From Bythopirellula sp. (GTDB taxonomy: Bacteria; Planctomycetota; Planctomycetia; Pirellulales; Lacipirellulaceae): a DNA stretch of 64,000 nucleotides. The stretch covers positions 5,088,001 through 5,152,000 of the forward strand of contig OZ244170.1 of assembly GCA_965216565.1 (NCBI GenBank), written 5' to 3'. The position numbers were made by a program, and so were the translations under genes. This document shows positions 48,975 to 56,752 of this stretch, one piece after another; position 1 is the first letter of the stretch, and every line of letters starts with the position of its first letter. The notes beneath the pieces were generated by a model. That model saw only the letters and a program-made list of their open reading frames with translations, did not search any database and was not told where the DNA came from.

Positions 48975-49724
48975 TTAAGAAGCCGTTGCAGCGATCGGGG
49001 CGGCGTCGGAGCCTTCTGATTTCTCAGCCTGCTCGGCCGCCTTCTTGGCTTTTCCTTCGGCCACGGCATCGGCCAGAATGTTGACGATCAGGTCGATCGA
49101 ACGCATGCTGTCGTCGTTGCCGGGGATCGGCAGGTCGACCAAGTCCGGATCGCAATCAGTATCGATCAGCGATACCGTGGCGATGCCCATCTTGCTCGCC
49201 TCTTTGACGGCATTCTTCTCTTTTTTGGGATCGACAATCACCATGCACTCGGGCAGGCGATTCATTGTTCGCATGCCATTGAGGTTGCGATACATTTTGC
49301 GGTATTCGCGGTTGAGCGAAGATTGCATTTTCTTCGAGTAGCTGTTGATTTCTTCCCCTTCACGGATCGCCTCCAATTCTTCCAATCGAGCCAGCCGGCT
49401 ACGAATGGTGCGGAAATTGGTGAGCGTGCCACCCAGCCAACGGTCGTTGACATAGGGCATGCCGCAACGGTCGGCTGCCAATTGGATGGTGTCGCCCGCT
49501 TGCCGCTTAGTGCCGACAAACAGAATCAGGCTGCCGTGGGAGGCGACGTCGGCCAGATACTTCTTGGCCCGCAGAAGTCCGCGAATCGTTTCGCGAACGT
49601 CGATGATGTGGATTTGATTGCGACGGGCGTAAATATACGGCCGCATCTTGGGGTTCCAGCGACTGGAACGATGTCCGAAATGGACGCCTGACTCGACTAA
49701 CTTCTCAACTAGGGTAGAAGACAC
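48975..49724 (-). CDS. rpsB: 30S ribosomal protein S2
   Basis: [34 protein letters not shown] start after GAGGAG. Confidence 0.97.
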   Translation of the reverse strand: MSSTLVEKLVESGVHFGHRSSRWNPKMRPYIYARRNQIHIIDVRETIRGLLRAKKYLADVASHGSLILFVGTKRQAGDTIQLAADRCGMPYVNDRWLGGTLTNFRTIRSRLARLEELEAIREGEEINSYSKKMQSSLNREYRKMYRNLNGMRTMNRLPECMVIVDPKKEKNAVKEASKMGIATVSLIDTDCDPDLVDLPIPGNDDSMRSIDLIVNILADAVAEGKAKKAAEQAEKSEGSDAAPIAATAS

Positions 49725-49734
49725 AAGAAACTCC

Positions 49735-49870
49735 TCACAGTGGCACACCGGCTAAGTCCCCTGGGTCGCGACAATTGAGGCGACGGCACCGCATCTGGGT
49801 GCCAGGCGTCCGGCGTTGGAAATCTATCGGCCAGGAAGCAACATAGGCTAGGTGCGGGCCGAACACACCA
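49735..49870 (-). promoter_or_regulatory. Probable rpsB 5' leader (S2 autoregulatory RNA)
   Basis: Long GC-rich untranslated region with GGCAC/GTGCC pairing potential directly upstream of rpsB; mainly positional inference. Confidence 0.35.
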
Positions 49871-49915
49871 ATTTAGCCCTGCAGTTTAGCTGGTAGGGTG
49901 AAAATGGTCAATCGG

Positions 49916-50016
49916 GCCAGCCGGAAGCGTTAGCGCCTGGATTCCTTGGAACGCCCGTCCCGTCGCTGACGCTCCAGGCTGGCGAATGGATCCCGTTGCT
50001 GACACTTGGGGTTGGC
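49916..50016. repeat. REP-like inverted pair plus a degenerate third copy
   Basis: GCCAGCCGGAAGCGTTAGCG (49916-49935) vs CGCTGACGCTCCAGGCTGGC (49964-49983), 17/20; third copy 49991-50016. Confidence 0.65.
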
Positions 50017-50030
50017 TTGGCCCGATAACG

Positions 50031-50063
50031 AAAAAAGCGGGGTTGAGCTCAGCTCAACCCCGC
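50031..50063 (-). terminator. Intrinsic terminator after PEP-CTERM gene
   Basis: Minus strand GCGGGGTTGAGC-TGA-GCTCAACCCCGC-T6. Confidence 0.88.
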
Positions 50064-50112
50064 GATCGGTTCTTCTTCCAATTCGTCTTGTTGCACGCGT
50101 TCAGTAATTGAA

Positions 50113-50757
50113 TTACTTGCGACGACGGCTTACCAGTGCCAAACCGGCGACGCTAAGCAGTGCGAACGAGGTAGGCTCGGGGATCACGGAGTCTACTGTG
50201 ATCGAGACGTTGTCATACCACATATTCGTGGGGTTTCCTGGGCCGTTAGTAGCACCAAGTTGCAGAGTGATGCCGCCGCTCGAGTCCGGACCAACAACGG
50301 TCGCGAAATTGAAGGTGGTCCAGACATTTGGATCGGGGTTAATCGCCAAAGGTGCGCCGCCCAGGATCTCGGCCGAGGAAGTACCACCGCCTGAGAGTTC
50401 AGTGAAGAATTCTGCGAAAGCAACGCCACCTGGGACTGCATACGAACCACGTGCATCAAACTGGATGCTGACGGCTTGGCCTGCTGTGAGTTGACCAGCA
50501 GCAAGATTGGCCTGCTTGATAAGTGAATTGCTGAAATTGACATCGTTAGATATCGAGCCAGCAAATGTACCTGAGGAGGGATTCACATTGGTAACCGTTT
50601 GCTGTCCAGGGCCGGTTGGGAATTGCTCCCATCCTGTGAAATCACCGGTCTCAAAATCGCCATTGATCGCCAGATCGACGGCCGATGCGTTCAAGCTTAG
50701 GCCAACGGCAACCAGCGTACCCAAAACAACACGACTCAAGATTCTTGAAAGCTTCAT
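50113..50757 (-). CDS. PEP-CTERM protein with CBM4/9-like carbohydrate-binding fold
   Basis: Signal peptide, INGDFETGDFTGW, WYDNVSI, IPEPTSFALLSVAGLALVSRRRK. Confidence 0.88.
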   Translation of the reverse strand: MKLSRILSRVVLGTLVAVGLSLNASAVDLAINGDFETGDFTGWEQFPTGPGQQTVTNVNPSSGTFAGSISNDVNFSNSLIKQANLAAGQLTAGQAVSIQFDARGSYAVPGGVAFAEFFTELSGGGTSSAEILGGAPLAINPDPNVWTTFNFATVVGPDSSGGITLQLGATNGPGNPTNMWYDNVSITVDSVIPEPTSFALLSVAGLALVSRRRK

Positions 50758-50843
50758 TAATCTCTCTCCTGGGCGGTAGCACCCAATTCAGTGACCTAGA
50801 AAGCCGGCTGCTACGTCACCGCCGATCAGTCTAGATTCGAAAA

Positions 50844-50935
50844 GAAAACGGTTACAGGAACAGTTTCGCAAGACTGCCTTGCGAAACCACGGCCGCCTAA
50901 TCCGAGCCTGTATCAGTTACTGTAACAGTTTCGCA
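50844..50935. promoter_or_regulatory. Duplicated LacI-type operator candidates
   Basis: 20-bp direct repeat GTTACAGGAACAGTTTCGCA (50851) / GTTACTGTAACAGTTTCGCA (50916); GAAAACGGTTACA at 50844. Confidence 0.5.
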
Positions 50936-51003
50936 TTTTGTTTCAACTGTTTATCGAAAGAAACTAACGAATTTTCAGAGTGACTTGCAGAATTGTCGGA
51001 AGT

Positions 51004-52002
51004 CTATGCCCCGACCAGTTTTAGCCCAGTTAGGGCAGCATCGTGAAGGTGCCCGTTAGTGGCAATCACACCACGATTCGTTGCGAGTGTGCGGCCGTGG
51101 GAGAAATCCAGCGGTTTGCCGTCAAGGTCGGTGATCCGTCCACCGGCTTCTTCCACCACAATCGATCCGGCTGCCTGGTCCCAAATCTTTTCCCGGTAGT
51201 CCGGACGCGAGGGAGAGATCAAACGCAAGTTCACATCCCCATGTCCCGAGGCCAAGACCGCATACTTGGCTTGGCTATCCATTGGCACGGGGTCGGCCGT
51301 GATGTTCAGAGTGCTTACCAACTCGCCAATGCTCCCGGTATTGGTATGTGCTTTTTCGACGGAGCGGAGCAGCCGTGCATCGGTAATGTTCGCCGAATCG
51401 GAAACCTTGAGTTTCTGCCAGTCGGCCTGTTCATCGTCGAGTGAGCGAACAAAAGTGCCATCCCCTCGTCGTGCGACGAGCAGCGAGCCTGCGCCGCCTT
51501 TGTCGGGGCGATATCCTTCAGCCAGTTCGGGACAGCCGAGTGCGCCGACGCGGACTTTTCCGTCTCGTAGAAAGGCCAGGGCTACTGCGTATTGGTCGCC
51601 CCGCAGAAAGCCTTTCGTGCCATCCACTGGGTCGAGCGTCCAAAATTCAGTCGTGGGCTCGCCGGCTCCCCGATCGATCCAGCGGCAGACATCGTCGGAA
51701 TTCGCCCCTGTGATCGCTTGACTCACAAAGTGTGTGATTTGCTTCAGCGTCTCGGCACCCTCCGCAGTCTGCAGCGATTCAGAGCTTTCCTCGCCAACGA
51801 ATCCCATTTCAGGGAACGTCTCTTCTAGTCGCTTGCCGATGAGTGCTTGTGCGGCAAAGTCGGCCACGGTGACGGGAGATTTGTCGTCTTTGGAAATCGC
51901 ATCGCCCACCATTTCTTTCTGAACCCGGCGAACGAGCTGGGCCGCCTCGCGGACGGCGTCGATAGCGAAGCGGACTTTGGAACAATCGATCGGAGAAGGC
52001 AT
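51004..52002 (-). CDS. 3'(2'),5'-bisphosphate nucleotidase, HAL2/SAL1-like
   Basis: KDDKSPVTVADF, WTLDPVDGTKGFLRG, MDSQAKY, YREKIWDQAAG. Confidence 0.9.
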   Translation of the reverse strand: MPSPIDCSKVRFAIDAVREAAQLVRRVQKEMVGDAISKDDKSPVTVADFAAQALIGKRLEETFPEMGFVGEESSESLQTAEGAETLKQITHFVSQAITGANSDDVCRWIDRGAGEPTTEFWTLDPVDGTKGFLRGDQYAVALAFLRDGKVRVGALGCPELAEGYRPDKGGAGSLLVARRGDGTFVRSLDDEQADWQKLKVSDSANITDARLLRSVEKAHTNTGSIGELVSTLNITADPVPMDSQAKYAVLASGHGDVNLRLISPSRPDYREKIWDQAAGSIVVEEAGGRITDLDGKPLDFSHGRTLATNRGVIATNGHLHDAALTGLKLVGA

Positions 52003-52116
52003 GAGAGAAGAGAGGGGACAGGGGGTCAGGGATTGATGCGAGGAGCGATGCGCATCATAAGAATTTACGCCCCTCCACTCTAGGCTCTAAGCTCTTGGCT
52101 CATAGCTCAACAAAAA

Positions 52117-52188
52117 CTACCCCGCCAGGACTTGAACCTGGAATGAGGGAATCAAAATCCCTAGTGTTACCAATTACACCACGGGGTA
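52117..52188 (-). tRNA. tRNA-Gln (TTG)
   Basis: TACCCCG acceptor stem, TGGTGTAATTGGTAACAC D arm, AGGGA-TTTTGAT-TCCCT anticodon arm, GGTTCAAGTCC T loop; CCA not encoded. Confidence 0.96.
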
Positions 52189-52256
52189 AGGCAGTTTCGT
52201 TTGCCGACGTGTTACTTTACGTGATTGAGGCCCTGGCGGCTATAGTTATCGCGGGT

Positions 52257-52931
52257 CTAGTCGGTTTGATCCTTCGCACGATTGGCTACCTCAAAGGTGA
52301 CCTGCTCCAGCTCACGTGCCAAATCGACTCCCACCTTGCTGACACCGGCCGGCACCGTAAGGGTCACAGGGGCGAAATTCAAGATACCGCTGACGCCTGC
52401 AGCCACAAGCTTATCAGCGACAACCTGGGCGTGTGGGGCAGGGACTGCCACGAGACCCAACTCAATTTTCTCCTGCGATACCAGTTCGGCTAACCGGTCT
52501 AAATGATGGACATTCACACCATCGATTGAATTTCCCACTTCGCCAGGGTCTACGTCAAACGCTGCGATGATGCGGAAGCCTTGTTTTTCGAATCCTCGAT
52601 AGCCTAGCAAGGCTCGTCCCAGGTTACCGACACCAACGAGCGCGACCCTCCATTGGCGGTCGGTCCCCAGAATCCGCCGGATTTCCTGCACTAATTCCTG
52701 ACACCGATAGCCAATTCCGGGGTGACCGAAATGGCCGAAATGGGCCAAATCCTTCCGAACTTGGGCATCGGTAAAGCCCAGCAGTTTGCCCAGTTGGCTG
52801 CTGCTGATGGTTTCGTTGCCGTCGCCCAGCAAGTGCTGCAACTCCCTCAAATACAGACTCAACCGGTTCACCACCGCATTGGGGATGGAATCGGGGTCGG
52901 GTCGATCTGGGTTGGGCTTAGGGGAAGTCAT
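52257..52931 (-). CDS. rex: Redox-sensing transcriptional repressor Rex
   Basis: RLSLYLR, QVRKDL..FG.FG..GIGY, GVGNLGRAL, GILNFAP. Confidence 0.95.
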   Translation of the reverse strand: MTSPKPNPDRPDPDSIPNAVVNRLSLYLRELQHLLGDGNETISSSQLGKLLGFTDAQVRKDLAHFGHFGHPGIGYRCQELVQEIRRILGTDRQWRVALVGVGNLGRALLGYRGFEKQGFRIIAAFDVDPGEVGNSIDGVNVHHLDRLAELVSQEKIELGLVAVPAPHAQVVADKLVAAGVSGILNFAPVTLTVPAGVSKVGVDLARELEQVTFEVANRAKDQTD

Positions 52932-53364
52932 TCGAGTGGGATCAGGGGAGACACGGAGAGTCATTTCACCCGCGAAAAACCCCAGCAACATTCAGTTCCT
53001 GGGGTGGCTGCCACTGTAAAGCAATGAGATTTAGCCAGCAACCCAAAGCTCATAAGTGCCAATGCCTCGCATAACGACCAAATCGCATTCTGCCATGCGT
53101 TTCGCGGCACGGGCGTAACCCCACTAATCCTTACCTTCGTCAGTTCAGCTATGGACCCAACCGAGGCTGAGGGTCCGGCAAAACGCAACGTTTGGATCGT
53201 AGCGATTGAGAATAGCAGAGAATCAAGCTGGACTCTTATTTTTAGGAGTTCTAGCTAAGGGAGGGAGTTTAGTTAGGCCGAAAAACTGAGTGGATGGACA
53301 TTTTCCCATCTTGACCAAGTTGTGTATTCCCCCACCCAGAAGTGTTACGAAGGAGATCCTCACC

Positions 53365-54882
53365 ATGAGAACCAAGTCTTGTGTGTTGGCTCTGGCTGTC
53401 GTAGCCGTCGCGTTGCTGCAATCCTCAGCATCGGCCGGCTACTGCGGAGCTGCACGCTACAACGGATGTTGTCAGCCAAAGTGCTGCCACGTTGTAATGA
53501 AAACCAAACGTTGTGTGACTTACGAGAAGCAGTGCTGCACTCGTTATCGCACAGTTTACGACCGCGTATGTTACGACAAGGTGATCAACTGTACTCGTTA
53601 CGTACCCGAAACCCGCACCAAGCAGGTCTGCTACACCGTTTGCAAGCCAGTTTGGGAAACAAAAACCCGCAACTACACGGTTTGCAAGCCTTGCTGGGAA
53701 ACGAAAACTCGTCAGGTCTGCTATACCGTCTGCAAGCCAGTTTGGGAAACCAAAACCCGCAGCTACACGGTCTGCAAGCCCTGCTGGGAAACCAAGACTC
53801 GCGACGTTTGCTATACGGTTTGCAAGCCAGTTTGGGAAACCAAGACTCGGTGCTACACCGTCTGCAAGCCAGTTTGGGAAACCAAGACCCGTTGCTACAC
53901 CGTGAACAAGCCTGTCTGGGAAACCAAGACCCGCCAAGTTTGCTACACAGTCTGCAAGCCAGTCTGGGAGACTCGTACTCGCAACTACACGGTTTGCAAG
54001 CCAGTTTGGGAAACTAAGTCCCGCACTGAAACGTACTACGTCCGCAAGGCTGTTCCCTACACGAAGACCATCAACATCAACACAGGTCACTGGGAGCGAG
54101 AGAGCTACCAGGTTCCAGGTCGGACTTACACCAAGCGTGTACGTCAGCCCGGTTCGTGGAAGTGGGATGCTTGCCGATGCAAGTGCGTTTACTGCCCAGG
54201 TCCTTGCTGCACGGTGAAGTGCCAAGGTCCTCCGCGAACTTGCTGCAAGCGAGTTTGGGTGCCTGAATGCCGCACTAAGGAAATCTGCTGCTGCAAGTAC
54301 GTGTGCGAGCCACGCACCCGCACCTGCTGCTACAAGGTGTGCCACATGGTTCCTGAAACCAAGACTTGCTGCTACAAGGTTTGCCGCATGGTGCCTGAGC
54401 AGCGAACCAAGACTTGCTGCTACAAGGTGTGCCACATGGTCCCTGAGACCAAGACCTGCTGCTACAAGGTTTGCCGCATGGTACCTGAGACCAAGACCTG
54501 CTGCTACAAGGTTTGCCGCATGGTACCTCAGCAGTGCAAGAAGACCGTTTGCTACAAGGTCTGCCGGATGATTCCGGAAACGAAGACTTGTTGCTACAAG
54601 GTTTGCCGCATGGTGCCTGAGCAGCGAACCAAGACTTGCTGCTACAAGGTCTGCCACATGGTCCCCGAGACCAAGACTTGCTGCTACAAGGTCTGCCGCA
54701 TGGTTCCAGAACAGCGAACGAAGACCGTTTGCTACACCGTGTGCAAGCCAGTATGCGAGCAGCGGACAATCAAGTGTTACAAGTGTGTGCCACGTAAGGT
54801 TCCTTACACCGTCACACGATGCGTACCACGTGTCACTTGCACTAAGGTGCCAGTGTGTGTCTGCTGCCCTTGCTGCAACTAG
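53365..54882 (+). CDS. Secreted cysteine-rich YTV-repeat protein (505 aa)
   Basis: RBS AAGGAG, signal peptide ending ASA, 9 YTVCKPVWETKTR-type and 9 YKVCRMVPETKTCC-type repeats, strong codon bias. Confidence 0.92.
   Translation: MRTKSCVLALAVVAVALLQSSASAGYCGAARYNGCCQPKCCHVVMKTKRCVTYEKQCCTRYRTVYDRVCYDKVINCTRYVPETRTKQVCYTVCKPVWETKTRNYTVCKPCWETKTRQVCYTVCKPVWETKTRSYTVCKPCWETKTRDVCYTVCKPVWETKTRCYTVCKPVWETKTRCYTVNKPVWETKTRQVCYTVCKPVWETRTRNYTVCKPVWETKSRTETYYVRKAVPYTKTININTGHWERESYQVPGRTYTKRVRQPGSWKWDACRCKCVYCPGPCCTVKCQGPPRTCCKRVWVPECRTKEICCCKYVCEPRTRTCCYKVCHMVPETKTCCYKVCRMVPEQRTKTCCYKVCHMVPETKTCCYKVCRMVPETKTCCYKVCRMVPQQCKKTVCYKVCRMIPETKTCCYKVCRMVPEQRTKTCCYKVCHMVPETKTCCYKVCRMVPEQRTKTVCYTVCKPVCEQRTIKCYKCVPRKVPYTVTRCVPRVTCTKVPVCVCCPCCN
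53632..54033 (+). repeat. Tandem 42/48-bp coding repeat array A (YTV units)
   Basis: 9 units of 14,16,14,16,14,14,16,14,16 aa. Confidence 0.9.
54331..54732 (+). repeat. Tandem 42/48-bp coding repeat array B (YKV units)
   Basis: 9 units of 14,16,14,14,16,14,16,14,16 aa. Confidence 0.9.
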
Positions 54883-54950
54883 TTTGTCGCAAGAGCTGAG
54901 AGAAGTGATGCTTCCTTCATAAGGGGAAGCGAACTTGGTCAGAAAACGAT

Positions 54951-54993
54951 CGGCGGCCCGATTCACTAAGGTGAGTCGGGTCGTCGTTTTTTT
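54951..54993 (+). terminator. Intrinsic terminator of the YTV gene
   Basis: CGGCGGCCCGATTCAC-TAAG-GTGAGTCGGGTCGTCG-T7. Confidence 0.88.
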
Positions 54994-55063
54994 ATGCGCT
55001 AATTGTTATGCAGCACACACTCGCGATTCTTATGAGTATCGCGGTTCAGTACAATGACGTCTA

Positions 55064-55732
55064 ATGAAACCGAAATTCAACCACCCCTGGGAAGTTTCGA
55101 CCCGCGAGGCACGCGACATCCAGGAGAGACTGCGTGCAAGTGTCGTCCGGCGTGGCAAACCGCGACGCATTCGCCGGGTGGCTGGCATTGATATCAGCAT
55201 CCGCCATAACCGCGCCATTGCTGCGATAGTCGTGCTCGACTTTCCCAGCCTGGAAATTGTTGAGCTTGCGCTAGCCGAGCAGCCGGTGCCGTTTCCTTAC
55301 ATACCGGGGCTCCTGTCGTTTCGAGAAATCCCATCGATCCTCGCTGCCGCTGAGAAGCTCCAGAGCTCGGTGGATGTGATGCTGATCGACGGGCAAGGGA
55401 TCGCACATCCCCGCCGATTTGGTCTCGCTTCGCATTTAGGGGTTTTGTTCGACCTGCCCACGATCGGATGTGCCAAGACTCGCTTCATCGGCACGCACGA
55501 CGAACCTGCCGAACAAGCGGGTTGCTACACCGACTTGTGGCACAAGGAAGAACTAATCGGGGCGGTTCTTCGGACCCGCGATCACGTGAAGCCCTTATAT
55601 ATTTCCACCGGTCACAAGATCGAACTGCCAATGGCGCTCGATCTTGTTCTCGATTGCTGCGTAGGACTTCGCTTGCCGGAGCCGACGCGATTAGCTCATC
55701 AGGCGGCGGGCGGTAACCTTCGTTGGCCTTAG
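55064..55732 (+). CDS. nfi: Endonuclease V
   Basis: VAGIDIS, FPYIPGLLSFRE, DGQGIAHPRRFGLASH, RLPEPTRLAH. Confidence 0.95.
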   Translation: MKPKFNHPWEVSTREARDIQERLRASVVRRGKPRRIRRVAGIDISIRHNRAIAAIVVLDFPSLEIVELALAEQPVPFPYIPGLLSFREIPSILAAAEKLQSSVDVMLIDGQGIAHPRRFGLASHLGVLFDLPTIGCAKTRFIGTHDEPAEQAGCYTDLWHKEELIGAVLRTRDHVKPLYISTGHKIELPMALDLVLDCCVGLRLPEPTRLAHQAAGGNLRWP

Positions 55733-56307
55733 CTGTCGATGAGACTAGCTTCGACGTTACGTCGTATTAAGAGGATCACCACAAAGTCATAAACGGCGTG
55801 CGCAACGATCGGACCGACGAGGTCGTCATAAGCCTCTGTCATCCAGCCAAGGAATAGGCCCAGCAACGTCGCCGCCACAAAGTAGGTCGTCGACAGGGCA
55901 TGTACGGCACCGAACAGTACCGACGCAATCACGATACCGACCAGCGGCCAACTGTACATGGCAATCCACGGTTGAAGGACTCCGCGAAATAGCAATTCTT
56001 CACCAATTCCAGCCGCTGCAGAGATCACTGCCAACTCGGGCCAGGAACTCGTGGCAAAGATTTCCTGGATGAGTCGATCCATTTGGCGACCCAAATCGGC
56101 CACGGGTTTCCAGGAGATTCTCCGAGAGATCAAGTAGACGACGATCATCAACGAGCAGGCAGCCAGGCCACGTGCAAAACTGGCCCCCTCGATCCGAAGC
56201 TGCGAACGAATCGGAATCTCAGCCCCCCACGAAAGCAAAACGGCCAAGATTCCCAGGGCGGATTCCCCGGCGACAAACAGGGCAAAGATGCGTGGATTTC
56301 CTGGCAT
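55729..56307 (-). CDS. CPBP (Abi/CAAX) intramembrane metalloprotease
   Basis: GEELLFRG, FGAVH, HAVYD. Confidence 0.9.
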   Translation of the reverse strand: MPGNPRIFALFVAGESALGILAVLLSWGAEIPIRSQLRIEGASFARGLAACSLMIVVYLISRRISWKPVADLGRQMDRLIQEIFATSSWPELAVISAAAGIGEELLFRGVLQPWIAMYSWPLVGIVIASVLFGAVHALSTTYFVAATLLGLFLGWMTEAYDDLVGPIVAHAVYDFVVILLIRRNVEASLIDS

Positions 56308-56752
56308 TGATTACCCAATCATTTGGACCCAGCGACGAGACTTTCGTTCAATTGCATATTTAACACTAGCCCGCTAGGCTCATCCGGCCCGCATCTTGAC
56401 GATCCCAAGTGCCCAATTTACACTGTCTGGCTTTCCTCACCTCTTGATGCGCCAGCGATAGACTCCAAAGGCAAGAGAACCACGGTTCCGTAATCCGCCA
56501 GGCGGAGGCATTTCCGGGGACCCTATCGGTGCACCGCCTTGACCCGATTGTGTTTGCAATCAAGGTCTTGCATCGCAGCATCAATATTGAATTACGCATT
56601 AAGCGGTAGTGTTTAGGCAATCAACAAACCTGCCACGCTGGATCGATATCGCACCCAACGATATCGGTATAACGTGTGGCAAGTGTGAGTATAACGTAAC
56701 CCGTAGAATATTTTGCACAGCAAGCGCTTCCTAAAAAAGGATCAACTTACCG

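Noticed and set aside
52003..52095. Purine-rich/pyrimidine-rich tracts between the nucleotidase gene and tRNA-Gln
   Set aside because: Complementarity is too degenerate to call an inverted-arm element.
52117..52188. tRNA-Gln as an integration site
   Set aside because: No integrase, no duplicated tRNA 3' end, and the flanking genes are housekeeping.
52932..53364. Rex box, sigma-54 promoter or riboswitch in the rex/YTV divergent gap
   Set aside because: No TTGTGAA-N4-TTCACAA, no correctly spaced GG/GC pair and no recognisable aptamer were found by eye.
53632..54732. Regularly spaced repeats resembling a CRISPR array
   Set aside because: They are in-frame coding repeats with synonymous variation, no unique spacers and no cas genes.
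53425..54966. 513-aa antisense ORF and other alternative-frame ORFs over the YTV gene
   Set aside because: Shadow of the repetitive, codon-biased sense gene. The RBS, signal peptide and terminator all support the + frame.
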